Virus record (IMG/VR): IMGVR_UViG_3300013121_000021
Reading direction: 5' to 3' (one strand)
Origin: an uncultured virus (IMG/VR IMGVR_UViG_3300013121_000021)
Lineage: Duplodnaviria > Heunggongvirae > Uroviricota > Caudoviricetes
DNA: 64,000 bases
Shown: positions 1 to 10,591 of the stretch, piece by piece
How the letters are laid out: the number at the start of each line of letters is the position of its first letter
Position numbering within the stretch: position 1 is the stretch's first letter
The notes under the pieces: generated by a model
The model's input: the letters and a program-made list of their open reading frames with translations, nothing else
Databases searched by the model: none
Told to the model about the DNA's origin: nothing
Position numbers and translations under genes: made by a program

Positions 1-832
1 TAGTGATTACTAAACATCCGTTAGCTTGTGCCTCAATTGCATTAATACATGATATCTCTGGAAAATCCGTTGGATATATCATATATTTGCATTTATTTAA
101 TAATTTATAAAAATCAGATTTTAATAAATTACCATGATTAACAATATTTTTTGATTTTAATAATACTTCATTTATATCTTGATAATGTTCAAATACTGGG
201 TGTTCTTTAGGAATATTAGTATTTAAATAACCACACAAATGTAATTTTGAATCTGGATCTTTTTCTAAAATTTTCGGCCAAATTTCTTTTAATAATTTAA
301 GTAAACCTCTCTCAGGCCTAGATGCATAAATATAATCATTTTGTTTTTTATCATATGAAAGAGGTTGTATTGTTAAATCTAAATCAAATCCATTTGTAGT
401 TAAATAAAAAATACTATCATCTATTGAATATTTTTCCTGATATAATTTTTTTTGATATTGAGATAGGCAAAATATTTTATCAATTTTACCTAATGATAAT
501 TCCATATCTTGAACATCAATATCATGAACCCATAATATATTTAATTTAGAATCTATATTTAAAGATAGAAAATTAGTAAATCTAGATACTATACAAACAT
601 CCATTTGTGATTTATTATCATTAGTAAAATCCTTATTACTTCTATATTCTATATTATTATAAAAACCTGGTCTATCACATTTACAATAAACAGTTATTTC
701 ATTATCATCAAATTTAGACAATTCATTTGCAATATATATAACGGCAGATTCAGAACCACCTAAAGATATTTCATTTAATGAATTGCCGTTAAATTCTAAA
801 CCATCTGTAACAATAGAAATTGTTTTTCTCAC
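1..832 (-). CDS. GT-B (GT4-like) glycosyltransferase, C-terminus runs off the window start
   Basis: Not in the ORF track. A GTG at 832 overlaps the TGA of the upstream gene. Translation MRKTISIVTDG...SLGGSESAVIYIANEL...YASRPERGL...YPTDFPEISCINAIEAQANGCLVIT carries the GGxE and E-x7-E motifs. Confidence 0.85.
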   Translation of the reverse strand, partial: MRKTISIVTDGLEFNGNSLNEISLGGSESAVIYIANELSKFDDNEITVYCKCDRPGFYNNIEYRSNKDFTNDNKSQMDVCIVSRFTNFLSLNIDSKLNILWVHDIDVQDMELSLGKIDKIFCLSQYQKKLYQEKYSIDDSIFYLTTNGFDLDLTIQPLSYDKKQNDYIYASRPERGLLKLLKEIWPKILEKDPDSKLHLCGYLNTNIPKEHPVFEHYQDINEVLLKSKNIVNHGNLLKSDFYKLLNKCKYMIYPTDFPEISCINAIEAQANGCLVIT

Positions 833-1185
833 TGTTGCTCCAATTTAATTCCAAATTTACTAAATACTAAATTTTTAAAACCAGGATAATGTCCTTTTCG
901 ACAATCAAATTGTTTGCAAGCTTTAGGTCTATCATCATAAATAGTACATCTATTACCATTAAAATAATAACAACCTTTTTCATTTCTAGGAATTGCTATT
1001 GTTGGTAAATTAGGATCGGGACTACTTATTAAAGTATAAACATATTTCGCCGATATAAATTCATCAGGAGTAAGAATTGGAGATAATTTTTTACAACATT
1101 CATGACAATCACCACATGGAACAGAAGATTCTTCTTCTGGTCTATCAATAGCTACTGCTTGAATATTGAATTTTTTATAAATCAT
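829..1185 (-). CDS. YkgJ-family cysteine-cluster (CxxCxxCC) protein
   Basis: CGDCHECC...CYYF...CTIYDDRPKACKQFDC motif; likely start MIYKK at 1185 (ATGA overlap). Confidence 0.85.
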   Translation of the reverse strand: MIYKKFNIQAVAIDRPEEESSVPCGDCHECCKKLSPILTPDEFISAKYVYTLISSPDPNLPTIAIPRNEKGCYYFNGNRCTIYDDRPKACKQFDCRKGHYPGFKNLVFSKFGIKLEQQ

Positions 1186-1955
1186 CTCCAAACCTCTAAA
1201 TTGGAAAATGCTTGCCAAACATCTGGTGGTAAAATTGTAGGTCTTTCTATAAATCTTACTTTCTTCCTAATTTTATGTAAACCTTCAATATTAGCATCTA
1301 AATCATATTCATCGTATTCAGCTTTTATATCATTAAAATCATGTTCGAAATATGGTTCATCTATAAAATGATAAATAGATTTTAATGTTTGTTCTGGATG
1401 TTTGGCTAATTGTTCATATTCAATTAATATTAATTTGTTTTTATGTTCACTTGTAATAGCTTCTTTTAATCCATCATAAGCGAATCTAAGAATATGTCCT
1501 GTAGACATTAATGCTTGACATCTCGAATAAACATTTTCAGATTCATGTTCAGCATATAATTGAGATACAGAAAATGGATTTTTTCTAAATAATATTTCAA
1601 ATGAATCTAATATCCAATTAATATCTCTAACACAACAAATCATTTTAAAATTATCATTTATAGAATTTAAAACATTTAATAATAATGTCCATCCACGATT
1701 TGTATTGAAACAAACAGGATAATCTTTATCATAATAATATGTATCTATTAATGATTGTGACAACTTTATCCTTTTTTCAACGGGACATTGTAATTTATAC
1801 CCAGGTCCAGCAAAAGATTCAGTAATAACCGCTCTTATAAATCTGGCTAAAGGAGAAGATATATCAGAATAAAATCTTGGATTTTGATTTAAAATAGATG
1901 TTAATAAAGTAGAACCAGATCGTGGCAAACCAGAAATGAAATGAATTTTTTTCAT
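1182..1955 (-). CDS. Sulfotransferase family protein
   Basis: N-terminal PAPS-binding loop ISGLPRSGSTLL; CVRD...S and YEQL...P motifs. Confidence 0.9.
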   Translation of the reverse strand: MKKIHFISGLPRSGSTLLTSILNQNPRFYSDISSPLARFIRAVITESFAGPGYKLQCPVEKRIKLSQSLIDTYYYDKDYPVCFNTNRGWTLLLNVLNSINDNFKMICCVRDINWILDSFEILFRKNPFSVSQLYAEHESENVYSRCQALMSTGHILRFAYDGLKEAITSEHKNKLILIEYEQLAKHPEQTLKSIYHFIDEPYFEHDFNDIKAEYDEYDLDANIEGLHKIRKKVRFIERPTILPPDVWQAFSNLEVWR

Positions 1956-4240
1956 GTTAATGTTTTTAAAGCTAAAGCTGCTTGACTAGCTACCCAAGTT
2001 ATTGATTTCCAATTAGTATCAGATCCAACTTGTTTTGGTGTAGTTCTATATGAATCTGCTATACTTAAACCTAATTGACCTTCATAATTTCTTCCCCAAG
2101 TCCATAACGTCCCATCAGTCTTAATTGCCGCAACTGAAGGATTTAATCCACTATCAGATATAATTTTTTTCCAATTAGTCGCTACACCAACTTGTACAAA
2201 AGTATTTCGAATTGCACTAGTAGATTCACTTATTCCTAATACTCCATATTCATTTGTCCCACATGTCCATAAAGTACCATCTGTTTTAATAGCTATCGTA
2301 TGATATCCACTACATGCAATATTTGACCAATCTGTAGATGTACTAACTTGAACTGGAAATGATCTTATTGTTGCTGTCGTATTGCCTAATCCTAATTGAT
2401 AATTAGCATTATCCCCCCATGCCCATAAAGTACCATCAATTCTAATAGCTACAGCATGTTGATATCCACAAGATACTTCTTTCCATGTATGACCACCAGT
2501 AACCGCTATTGGTGAACTTCTATTAGTTATTGTAGAAATACCCAATTGACCTTTATTATTTTTACCACATGCATATAAGATTCCAGATAAATCCATAAAA
2601 ATACTAAAAGATTCACTAGTATATACTGATTTCCAATCTGCTTTAGTTGTAATAATTTGAACTGGAGAAGATTTATGAACTACTGATACATCAGCTAATT
2701 GACCATATGAATTTGCACCCCATGCCCATAAAGTACCAGAAGTTTTAATAGCTATACAAAAACCTGGACTACCAACAGATATTTGTTTCCAAGAATCAGT
2801 ATCTGATGAACCTACTTGAGTAGGAGAAGATCTATCTGTTACATGACTTAATCCTAAAGCCCCATAAGTATTAGCTCCCCAAGTCCATAATGTTCCATCA
2901 TCTTTAATAGCAGCAACTGACCCATACCAACTATTACTAGAAATTTTTTTCCAATTCAAAGAACTTATTTGAGTTGGTGAATATCTATTTGTAAGATCAT
3001 TTAATCCTAACTGTCCAAATTGATTTTGACCCCAACCATATAAACCAGTAGATTGAAAAAATGATTTAGGTATTAACAAATCTCCAATATCTGAAGCGTC
3101 TGTAGTTGAAGTATCTAATTTAAATGCTATTGATGAATACCAAGCTCCAGTTATTACTTTATACCAATTATCTCCACCAACTATATTTTGAACAAATGTA
3201 TTTTTACTAACAGTATTTCCAATTGCTAATTGTCCATATGTGTTATTTCCGCATGCCCAAAGGGTCCCATCATTTTTTATAGCATATGCGTTTCCATCAG
3301 CAGCTTCAACTAGTTTCCAAGAACTTAATGTAACTTCTTGAACTGGTGATGATCTATTAGTATTATTACTTATACCTAATTCACCATAACCATTTTCACC
3401 CCAACACCATAAAGACCCATTAGTTTTAATAGCATAAGACGAATATGATTCTTTACAAGATACATATGCCCAATCAGTTGCACTTCCAATTTGTACAAAT
3501 GTAGTTTTAAGAATTACTGAATTGATACCTAATTGACCCGATGAATTAGTTCCAGTAGCCCATAAAGTACCATCTGTTTTAACGGCGAGCGAATGTTCTT
3601 TTCCACAACTTATTTGTTTCCAAGTAGTATCTGTATCAACTTGAACTGGAGTATAAACAATTGCAGATGTTCCGAGACCTATATAACCCGATGTATCACC
3701 CCAAACCCAAAGTGTTCCATCTGTTTTAATTGCAAATGATCCACCACTACCAGCACAAACAAATTTCCAATCAGATGCACTACCAATTTGAGCGGGGGTT
3801 CCTTTAACAAGACTAGAAAGCCCAGAAATACCTAATGTGTAACTATTATTTTTACCCCAAGTCCATAAAGTACCATCTGTTTTAATCGCATGGGTTGTAT
3901 AATATCCACAAGATACTTGTTTCCAATCAGTTCCACCAACCGATGTTTGTATTGGTGAATAAACTGTAGCTACTCCGTTTGTAGAATTACCTAAATGATG
4001 CGACCAATTATCACCACACAACCATAATGTACCATCAGATTTAATAACTGCTGATACGCAATAATTCATAGTGGCATCTTTAATAGCCCAATCAGTATAT
4101 AAATTTGGTTGATTTATATTATAACCAAATATTGAAGCACCATTATTTAATTTTGCACCATACCATGGGTCTGAATAATCCGCTTTACCCCAACTATAAC
4201 TTTTTAAATTATGTCCAACTTTAAAACCTGTTTGAGGCAT
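1952..4240 (-). CDS. RCC1/BLIP-II repeat beta-propeller protein (probably two propellers), probable virion protein
   Basis: Many WKQVSCG..H..AIKTDGTLWxWGxNxxGQLG repeats. Confidence 0.9.
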   Translation of the reverse strand: MPQTGFKVGHNLKSYSWGKADYSDPWYGAKLNNGASIFGYNINQPNLYTDWAIKDATMNYCVSAVIKSDGTLWLCGDNWSHHLGNSTNGVATVYSPIQTSVGGTDWKQVSCGYYTTHAIKTDGTLWTWGKNNSYTLGISGLSSLVKGTPAQIGSASDWKFVCAGSGGSFAIKTDGTLWVWGDTSGYIGLGTSAIVYTPVQVDTDTTWKQISCGKEHSLAVKTDGTLWATGTNSSGQLGINSVILKTTFVQIGSATDWAYVSCKESYSSYAIKTNGSLWCWGENGYGELGISNNTNRSSPVQEVTLSSWKLVEAADGNAYAIKNDGTLWACGNNTYGQLAIGNTVSKNTFVQNIVGGDNWYKVITGAWYSSIAFKLDTSTTDASDIGDLLIPKSFFQSTGLYGWGQNQFGQLGLNDLTNRYSPTQISSLNWKKISSNSWYGSVAAIKDDGTLWTWGANTYGALGLSHVTDRSSPTQVGSSDTDSWKQISVGSPGFCIAIKTSGTLWAWGANSYGQLADVSVVHKSSPVQIITTKADWKSVYTSESFSIFMDLSGILYACGKNNKGQLGISTITNRSSPIAVTGGHTWKEVSCGYQHAVAIRIDGTLWAWGDNANYQLGLGNTTATIRSFPVQVSTSTDWSNIACSGYHTIAIKTDGTLWTCGTNEYGVLGISESTSAIRNTFVQVGVATNWKKIISDSGLNPSVAAIKTDGTLWTWGRNYEGQLGLSIADSYRTTPKQVGSDTNWKSITWVASQAALALKTLT

Positions 4241-4258
4241 TTTTATTTACCTCTTGAA

Positions 4259-5521
4259 TTAAATAAATTCATCTGAATTATCAACTATACCAATCATTGA
4301 ATAATTTTTATTTACTATACTTATCCAATTTGAATTATTTCCTACTTGTGTTATTGATGAAATTACAGAATTTATAGTTATTCCTAATACTGGATAATAT
4401 GGGATTCCAGTATTATCACCCCAAGCCCAAAGAGTCCCATCTGTTTTAATAGCTGATGTAGAATATTTTCCAACAGATACATATTTCCAGCTATTTGATG
4501 CATTTTCTATTAACCCTGGAATATTTCTACCATTACTATATATGGTTATAGATATGCCTAAACTCCAACGCATATCGTATCCCCAAGTCCATAATGTACC
4601 ATCAGTTTTAATTGCAGCCGAATGAGTATAACCACAAGAAACTTGTTTCCAATCAGCAGTGGTGCCAACTTGTCTTGGAGTTAATATATTTGATGCGGCA
4701 CTACTTACTCCTAATTGCCCATAATTATTCATTCCCCACATCCATAAAGTACCATCTGTTTTAATAGCTGCACTATGATAACGATCGACAGATATTTGAC
4801 TCCAATCAGTACCTGTACCAACTTGAACTGGGGAAGATCTATTCGTTATATTACTTAAACCTAATTGACCATTATAATTATAACCACAAGTCCAAAGAGT
4901 ACCGTCTGTTTTTACAGCTATAAAATGTTTATATCCACAAGATACTTGCTTCCAATCGGTACCTGTACCAATTTGAACTGGGGAAGATCTATTCGTTATA
5001 TTACTTAAACCTAATTGACCTAAATCATTAGAACCCCACGACCATAAAGTACCAGAGGTTTTAACTGCTACATTAAAATATATACCACAAGATACTTGTT
5101 TCCAATCAACCCCAGTTCCTATTTTAATTGGCGTAGATGAACTAGTAACAGTACTGTTTCCTAATTGACCATAACCATTATAACCCCAAGTCCATAATGA
5201 TCCATCAGTTTTAATTGCTGCTATATGTAACGAACCAGCAGTATCCGTATAACACATATCAACTTGTTTCCAATCAGCATTAGTTGTATTTAATAAAACT
5301 GATGTATTAATTGTTATTCCATAAGTAAAACCAAGTGTTGGAGAAGCCGTTTTAATACTACCAAATCCAACTAATGCACGATGAGCTATTTTAGGATCTT
5401 CTACTAATTGATTATAATAACGTAATAATTTATTTTTAGTTAAAAATTTTTCACCTAAATCAATATTATTTTCATCAGGTCCTTCTTTAAAATTTGTTTG
5501 AATAGAATAATTATCAGACAT
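4259..5521 (-). CDS. RCC1-repeat beta-propeller protein
   Basis: About 7 repeats of AIKTDGTLWTWGxNxxGQLG. Confidence 0.9.
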   Translation of the reverse strand: MSDNYSIQTNFKEGPDENNIDLGEKFLTKNKLLRYYNQLVEDPKIAHRALVGFGSIKTASPTLGFTYGITINTSVLLNTTNADWKQVDMCYTDTAGSLHIAAIKTDGSLWTWGYNGYGQLGNSTVTSSSTPIKIGTGVDWKQVSCGIYFNVAVKTSGTLWSWGSNDLGQLGLSNITNRSSPVQIGTGTDWKQVSCGYKHFIAVKTDGTLWTCGYNYNGQLGLSNITNRSSPVQVGTGTDWSQISVDRYHSAAIKTDGTLWMWGMNNYGQLGVSSAASNILTPRQVGTTADWKQVSCGYTHSAAIKTDGTLWTWGYDMRWSLGISITIYSNGRNIPGLIENASNSWKYVSVGKYSTSAIKTDGTLWAWGDNTGIPYYPVLGITINSVISSITQVGNNSNWISIVNKNYSMIGIVDNSDEFI

Positions 5522-5525
5522 ATAT

Positions 5526-6167
5526 TTATTCCCAAGTTGTGGAAATTAATTCTATATCATTTAATTCTGATAATAATGTTTTAGAATCTATTTCCGTCCC
5601 TTTTAAAGCTTCCCAATCAAAAACATTTTGAACATGAGTACTTACAGCTAAAACAATTTGTCCTAATTCAGTATTTGAAAGTGTTAGCCAAATTGGACCT
5701 TCAAATTTCCAATTAGCTCCATTACTTCCTAATTGATAAGCTTGAAGATATAATCCTCTATCTTCTCTACTCGTATATAATTTAACTTCTGTTTCTTGAA
5801 TTGTTGATTTTACTCCTTGAATTTCATATTTATACCTATTAGCGGCAACTATTTGTTTTAATTCCGCTTTAACTGTATCAATATTCTTATCTACTGGAAC
5901 ATAATACATTTCTGCATATGTTGAGAAGAAATTATAAAATGGTCCAGATAATTGTTGTATTTTTGGATTATATTCAGTATTAGGTCCTAAATCAGTAACT
6001 GGTAATATTCTAATTGTTTCATTAATTGTTATTGGTTCATTATTTGGATTACTTAACGGTAATGCGTAATTTATTTCAAATTCATCTGATAAACAATTAG
6101 AAAACATTACAGGTCGCCAATTCATAGGACCTAATACTACATTATTATTATCTACAATTATAAACAT
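5526..6167 (-). CDS. Tail-fibre assembly-like protein (DUF4376-like C-terminus)
   Basis: K..VAANRYKYEIQG...WKF...HVQNVFDWE pattern; lies among fibre genes. Confidence 0.55.
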   Translation of the reverse strand: MFIIVDNNNVVLGPMNWRPVMFSNCLSDEFEINYALPLSNPNNEPITINETIRILPVTDLGPNTEYNPKIQQLSGPFYNFFSTYAEMYYVPVDKNIDTVKAELKQIVAANRYKYEIQGVKSTIQETEVKLYTSREDRGLYLQAYQLGSNGANWKFEGPIWLTLSNTELGQIVLAVSTHVQNVFDWEALKGTEIDSKTLLSELNDIELISTTWE

Positions 6168-6173
6168 AATTTA

Positions 6174-8432
6174 TTATTCTGTCATATATTGAATTGCCAA
6201 TGAACTATGATGTCCTGCATTTATTTGTTTCCAATTAGCAAGTGTTCCAATTTGGATTGGTGAAGAACTAGAAGTTGTAGTACTATCCCCTAATTGTCCA
6301 AAAGAATTATCTCCCCAAGCCCAAAGTGTACCATCTGTCTTAATAGCAACTATATGATTATCTCCACCATTAACATGTTTCCAATTTGTATTTGTACCTA
6401 TTTGTATTGGTGAAGATCTATGGGTTCTCGTACCATCTCCTAATTGACCATAAGAATTAGAACCCCAGGACCAAAGTGTACCATCAGTCTTAATAGCAGT
6501 TATAAATGAATCACCACATGTTAATTTTGTCCAATTAGATCCGCCAGCTAAAGTCTGTTTTGGAGACATATTAGAAGTTGTAGTACTATCCCCTAATTGA
6601 CCATCACCATTATAACCCCAAGCCCAAAGTGTACCATCCGTTTTAATAGCTGCTGCAAAATAATTACCAGCTGAAACCATTTTCCAATTAGATCCGCCAG
6701 CTAAAGTTTGAACAGGTGAATGTATTGCCCATATTATACTTGTTCCTAATTGATAAATAGCGTTTGAACCCCAAGTCCAAAGTGTGCCATCAGATTTAAT
6801 TCCAGTATGAAAATATACCCCAGAACTAATTTGAGACCAAGTGGGTGTATTATAATTGGTTTGAACTAAAACTGAAGTATTTGCATTAATATCTGATTGA
6901 ATTAATAATTCTGGGTCTGCAGTATAATTTCCCCAAGTATATAAATCTCCATTTGTTTTAATACCTACTGCAGAGGTATTTGCAAAATATATATGATACC
7001 AATCTGTACCTTGAAAACATATTTCATTAGGAATACTAAAATTTCCAGTTCCAGATCTGTCTGAAGATGCACATAAATAATTTCCTTTTTGTCCCCAAAT
7101 CCATAAAGTACCATCAGTTTTAATTGCTGCTGAATTATATTTTGTAGCTATTACTTTCGAATATGTAGTATCAGCACCGATGATTTGAATTGGATAAGAT
7201 TTATTTACAACAGTGCTATCACCTAATGCTGCTGTTATATTATTACCACAGGAAAAAAGTTGACCAGTTGTTTTAACTGCTGCAAAATGAGTACAACCAC
7301 AAGATACTTGAGACCAATCAGTACCACCTAATAATGTTTGAATTGGTGTACTTCTATGAACTCTATCACTTCTTCCTAATTGTCCATATGAATTAGCACC
7401 CCATAACCATAAAGTACCGTCGGTTTTTACAGCAGCCGTAAAATGTAAACCACATGAAACTTGATTCCAAGTTGTACCTGCGGTTATAGTTTGAACTGGT
7501 GATAATCTCCATGTAGAAATTAATGAATTACCTAAAACTCCTAATGTACCACCACCCCAAGTCCATAATGAACCACCTGTTTTTACAGCTGCTGTATGTA
7601 ATTCACCACATGATACCTGTTTCCAATCAGTACCTGTACCAACTTGAACAGGAGACGATCTAGCTGTTAAATTACTTTGACCTAATTGACCAAAAGAATT
7701 TGATCCCCATGTCCATAAAGTACCATCTGTTTTAATAGCAGCTGTATGATATCTTCCAAATGATATTTGTTTCCAAGTAGTATTAGCACCTATTTGGGAT
7801 GCAGAACTTCTAATTGTACGTGTCCCATCTCCTAATTGACCATAAGTATTTGAACCCCACATCCACAATTCATTTGAAGCATTAACTGCGCCTAGGTGTT
7901 CATTATTAGTTCCATCATTAAGATTATAACCATCTTCATACCAAACACCTTGAGTTAATTCTGTAGCTAAATATGGAACTTTTGTATCTACTTTTCGTCC
8001 TATCTGCTCATGTGTATTTAATCCACACGTCCATAAAGTACCATCATTTTTAAGAACAATACTGGAACCATAGGCAAGAGATACAAATTTCCAATCAGTA
8101 TCAGATACAATATTTTCAGTAGGGATTAATTTATCTATAGTAGTACTTAATCCTAATTGACCAAAATAATTATCTCCCCAAAACCATAAAGTTCCATCAT
8201 CTTTTATACCGGCAGCATGTAAAAATTTTATACTTGCAGATCTCCAAATACCAGTATTAGTAATTTGAACTGGTGATGATCTATGTGTAGTAGTACTTAA
8301 CCCTAATTGACTATAAGAATTACTTCCCCATAACCATAATGAATTAGGTCTAAGATAATCATCTATAAAACTTTGATCATTTATAAAATAATTATCAAAA
8401 TCGCCAGTTTCTTTTGAGCTAAATTTAGACAT
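6174..8432 (-). CDS. RCC1-repeat beta-propeller protein
   Basis: More than 10 RCC1 repeats (AIKTDGTLWAWGxNxxGQLGD...SP). Confidence 0.9.
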   Translation of the reverse strand: MSKFSSKETGDFDNYFINDQSFIDDYLRPNSLWLWGSNSYSQLGLSTTTHRSSPVQITNTGIWRSASIKFLHAAGIKDDGTLWFWGDNYFGQLGLSTTIDKLIPTENIVSDTDWKFVSLAYGSSIVLKNDGTLWTCGLNTHEQIGRKVDTKVPYLATELTQGVWYEDGYNLNDGTNNEHLGAVNASNELWMWGSNTYGQLGDGTRTIRSSASQIGANTTWKQISFGRYHTAAIKTDGTLWTWGSNSFGQLGQSNLTARSSPVQVGTGTDWKQVSCGELHTAAVKTGGSLWTWGGGTLGVLGNSLISTWRLSPVQTITAGTTWNQVSCGLHFTAAVKTDGTLWLWGANSYGQLGRSDRVHRSTPIQTLLGGTDWSQVSCGCTHFAAVKTTGQLFSCGNNITAALGDSTVVNKSYPIQIIGADTTYSKVIATKYNSAAIKTDGTLWIWGQKGNYLCASSDRSGTGNFSIPNEICFQGTDWYHIYFANTSAVGIKTNGDLYTWGNYTADPELLIQSDINANTSVLVQTNYNTPTWSQISSGVYFHTGIKSDGTLWTWGSNAIYQLGTSIIWAIHSPVQTLAGGSNWKMVSAGNYFAAAIKTDGTLWAWGYNGDGQLGDSTTTSNMSPKQTLAGGSNWTKLTCGDSFITAIKTDGTLWSWGSNSYGQLGDGTRTHRSSPIQIGTNTNWKHVNGGDNHIVAIKTDGTLWAWGDNSFGQLGDSTTTSSSSPIQIGTLANWKQINAGHHSSLAIQYMTE

Positions 8433-8433
8433 T

Positions 8434-10584
8434 TTAACCGCCCATTAGACTTTCTAATTCTTGGACTTTTGCTTGCAATGCAGTAGTTTTACCAGATAAT
8501 TGTTGAACAGCAGCTACTAAAATACTAATAATTGGAATATAAGAAACTGCTTTGAATCCTGTATTTAATTCTGTGACTAATTCTGGTAATATTTTTTCTA
8601 ATTCTTGAGCAATTAAACCATAAGAGGTTTTATCTGGCATTGCTTTCCATTCAAATTTAACTGGATTCATTGCTTCTATTAAAGGTAATCCTGGATTACC
8701 TCTAACATTAATTTTTATTCGTTCATCCGATAACGATTGAAATTGAGTTGCAAATAACGTACCGCTTGAAGGATTAAATTGTAATTTAGTGGATGAAGTA
8801 TATACTGTAGTTAAAGTCCCGGTTGTAGCAGTAGATAAAGTTAAATAGTATGTACCATTGGTTGTAGTGTCATCAGAAAGTGTTCCACCACCTCCGATTG
8901 AGGTAATTGCTTGCCAAGTATTATCACCTCTTAAAAATGTAGTAGAATCTCTGGTTCCGGAACTACCTAATCTAGCAGAATCTACTGTACCAGATGATAA
9001 ATTAGTAGCATTTGTATAATATGATCCATCATTTCCATCCAATTTATCAGCATTTAAATTAGTAACTAAATATGTCGAATCAACTGTAAACGGCGCACTA
9101 GCTCCACTAGTCCCACCATTAAAAGCAGGAATAGCATTAAATGTCCATATTTGTGTAATAGTTTCAGTAGAACCAACTCTAGCTAATAATGATCCATCGG
9201 AAATTGCCGTTTCTGGAATAGAACTTAAATTTGCACCTGATCCGCTAAATCCTGTTGCACTTAATACACCAGTTGCTTGATCAAATAATAATGTACCTGA
9301 TTTAACATATACTGTACCAAGCACTCCAGTTGTAGCATTTAACATTGCTACATAATAACTTGTTCCACCAGAAATTTCTGAAACACTTGAAAATGATTTC
9401 CAAGTATTATCGCCAGCAAGATAAGTAGTAGAATTTTTAGTCCCAGAACTACCTAATCTATCAATAGATACTGTACCAGATGATAAATTGGATGCGTTAA
9501 GAGATGATAATGATGCTCCACTTCCACTAAAACCTGTAGAAGTTAATAATCCTGTAGATGGATTAAAAGTTAGTTTTGAAGATGATGTATATGCTGTTGA
9601 TAAAGTTCCAGTATTCGATGATGCGACTAATGGATAAAAAGAACTATTTGTAGATTCATCATTTGTAATCGTAGTACTGGGAGGGACAGAAGCCCAAGTA
9701 CTATCACCTCTAAGATAAGTCCCACTATTAGCAGTCCCTGATCCTAATTGAGCGGTTGGAACTGTTCCTGAAGATAAATTAGATGCATTGAGTGCTGTTA
9801 AACTTGTACCAACTCCAGAAAATCCTGCAGCTGCAATAGTACTAGTATCACTATTATGAGAAATAGTTATTGTACCAGTACTTGGATTAATGGTTATTTT
9901 TGTTGAAGAAACATATGCGCTAGATAAAGTTCCACTAGTAGAAGCTGCAAAAAGTGGATAATAAGTACCATTTGTGGTGATATCTGAAATTGCAGTACTT
10001 GCTGGAATTGTTGCCCAAGTACTATCACCTCTAAGATATGTAGTATTATTTGCAGTTCCAGACCCTAATCTAGCTGTTGGGACTGTACCAGCATTTAAAT
10101 TTCCAGCATCTCTATAATAAGAACCTTCTTGACCATCGAGTAAATCAGAATTTAAATTAGTAACTACTGTTGTTGAAGTTACTGTTAATGGAGCTGTACC
10201 TTGAGCTACTGATGATTTTAATACTGTGCCAATAATAGAACCATTAACTTGTAATTTATCAGTTCCATTATTCGTATTAGTACCAAATAAAACATTTCCA
10301 GAAAATCTTGCAATTTTTACAGTACCATCATCTACAACTTCTAAAGATGGTACTCCAGATCCATCATTTACTGAATAAAATGTTCCTGAAAAACTATTTG
10401 TAATTGAAAATAGTTGTCCTGCTGAACCTTCAAATGATAAAGTTCCACCCGAATCTACATTTACAAATAAAGAGATATCGAATGGACCTGTTGAAGCTCC
10501 TGCAGCACTAAAAATTATACGTGGGTCATTATCCGAGTCTCCCACTGCCGGTATTACTAATATATTTTTATCTGAGTAAGCCAT
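8434..10584 (-). CDS. Tail fibre with C-terminal intramolecular chaperone (peptidase S74-like) domain
   Basis: S/T/G-rich repeats (NASNLSSGTV..ARLGSG...TYLRGDSTW, NLNADxLDG); C-terminal SDERIK...GLIAQELEKILPELV...Y..II..LV.AVQQL coiled coil. Confidence 0.85.
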   Translation of the reverse strand: MAYSDKNILVIPAVGDSDNDPRIIFSAAGASTGPFDISLFVNVDSGGTLSFEGSAGQLFSITNSFSGTFYSVNDGSGVPSLEVVDDGTVKIARFSGNVLFGTNTNNGTDKLQVNGSIIGTVLKSSVAQGTAPLTVTSTTVVTNLNSDLLDGQEGSYYRDAGNLNAGTVPTARLGSGTANNTTYLRGDSTWATIPASTAISDITTNGTYYPLFAASTSGTLSSAYVSSTKITINPSTGTITISHNSDTSTIAAAGFSGVGTSLTALNASNLSSGTVPTAQLGSGTANSGTYLRGDSTWASVPPSTTITNDESTNSSFYPLVASSNTGTLSTAYTSSSKLTFNPSTGLLTSTGFSGSGASLSSLNASNLSSGTVSIDRLGSSGTKNSTTYLAGDNTWKSFSSVSEISGGTSYYVAMLNATTGVLGTVYVKSGTLLFDQATGVLSATGFSGSGANLSSIPETAISDGSLLARVGSTETITQIWTFNAIPAFNGGTSGASAPFTVDSTYLVTNLNADKLDGNDGSYYTNATNLSSGTVDSARLGSSGTRDSTTFLRGDNTWQAITSIGGGGTLSDDTTTNGTYYLTLSTATTGTLTTVYTSSTKLQFNPSSGTLFATQFQSLSDERIKINVRGNPGLPLIEAMNPVKFEWKAMPDKTSYGLIAQELEKILPELVTELNTGFKAVSYIPIISILVAAVQQLSGKTTALQAKVQELESLMGG

Positions 10585-10591
10585 AATATAA

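Noticed and set aside
4801..5020. Diversity-generating retroelement TR/VR pair (70-bp repeat, 2 mismatches)
   Set aside because: Both copies are in-frame adjacent RCC1 repeats 150 bp apart, the mismatches are not consistently at adenines on one strand, and no reverse transcriptase is present.
1952..8432. Eukaryotic or giant-virus origin suggested by RCC1 repeats
   Set aside because: Overlapping operonic genes, Shine-Dalgarno sites, tail fibres, SspB and GGDEF indicate a bacteriophage.
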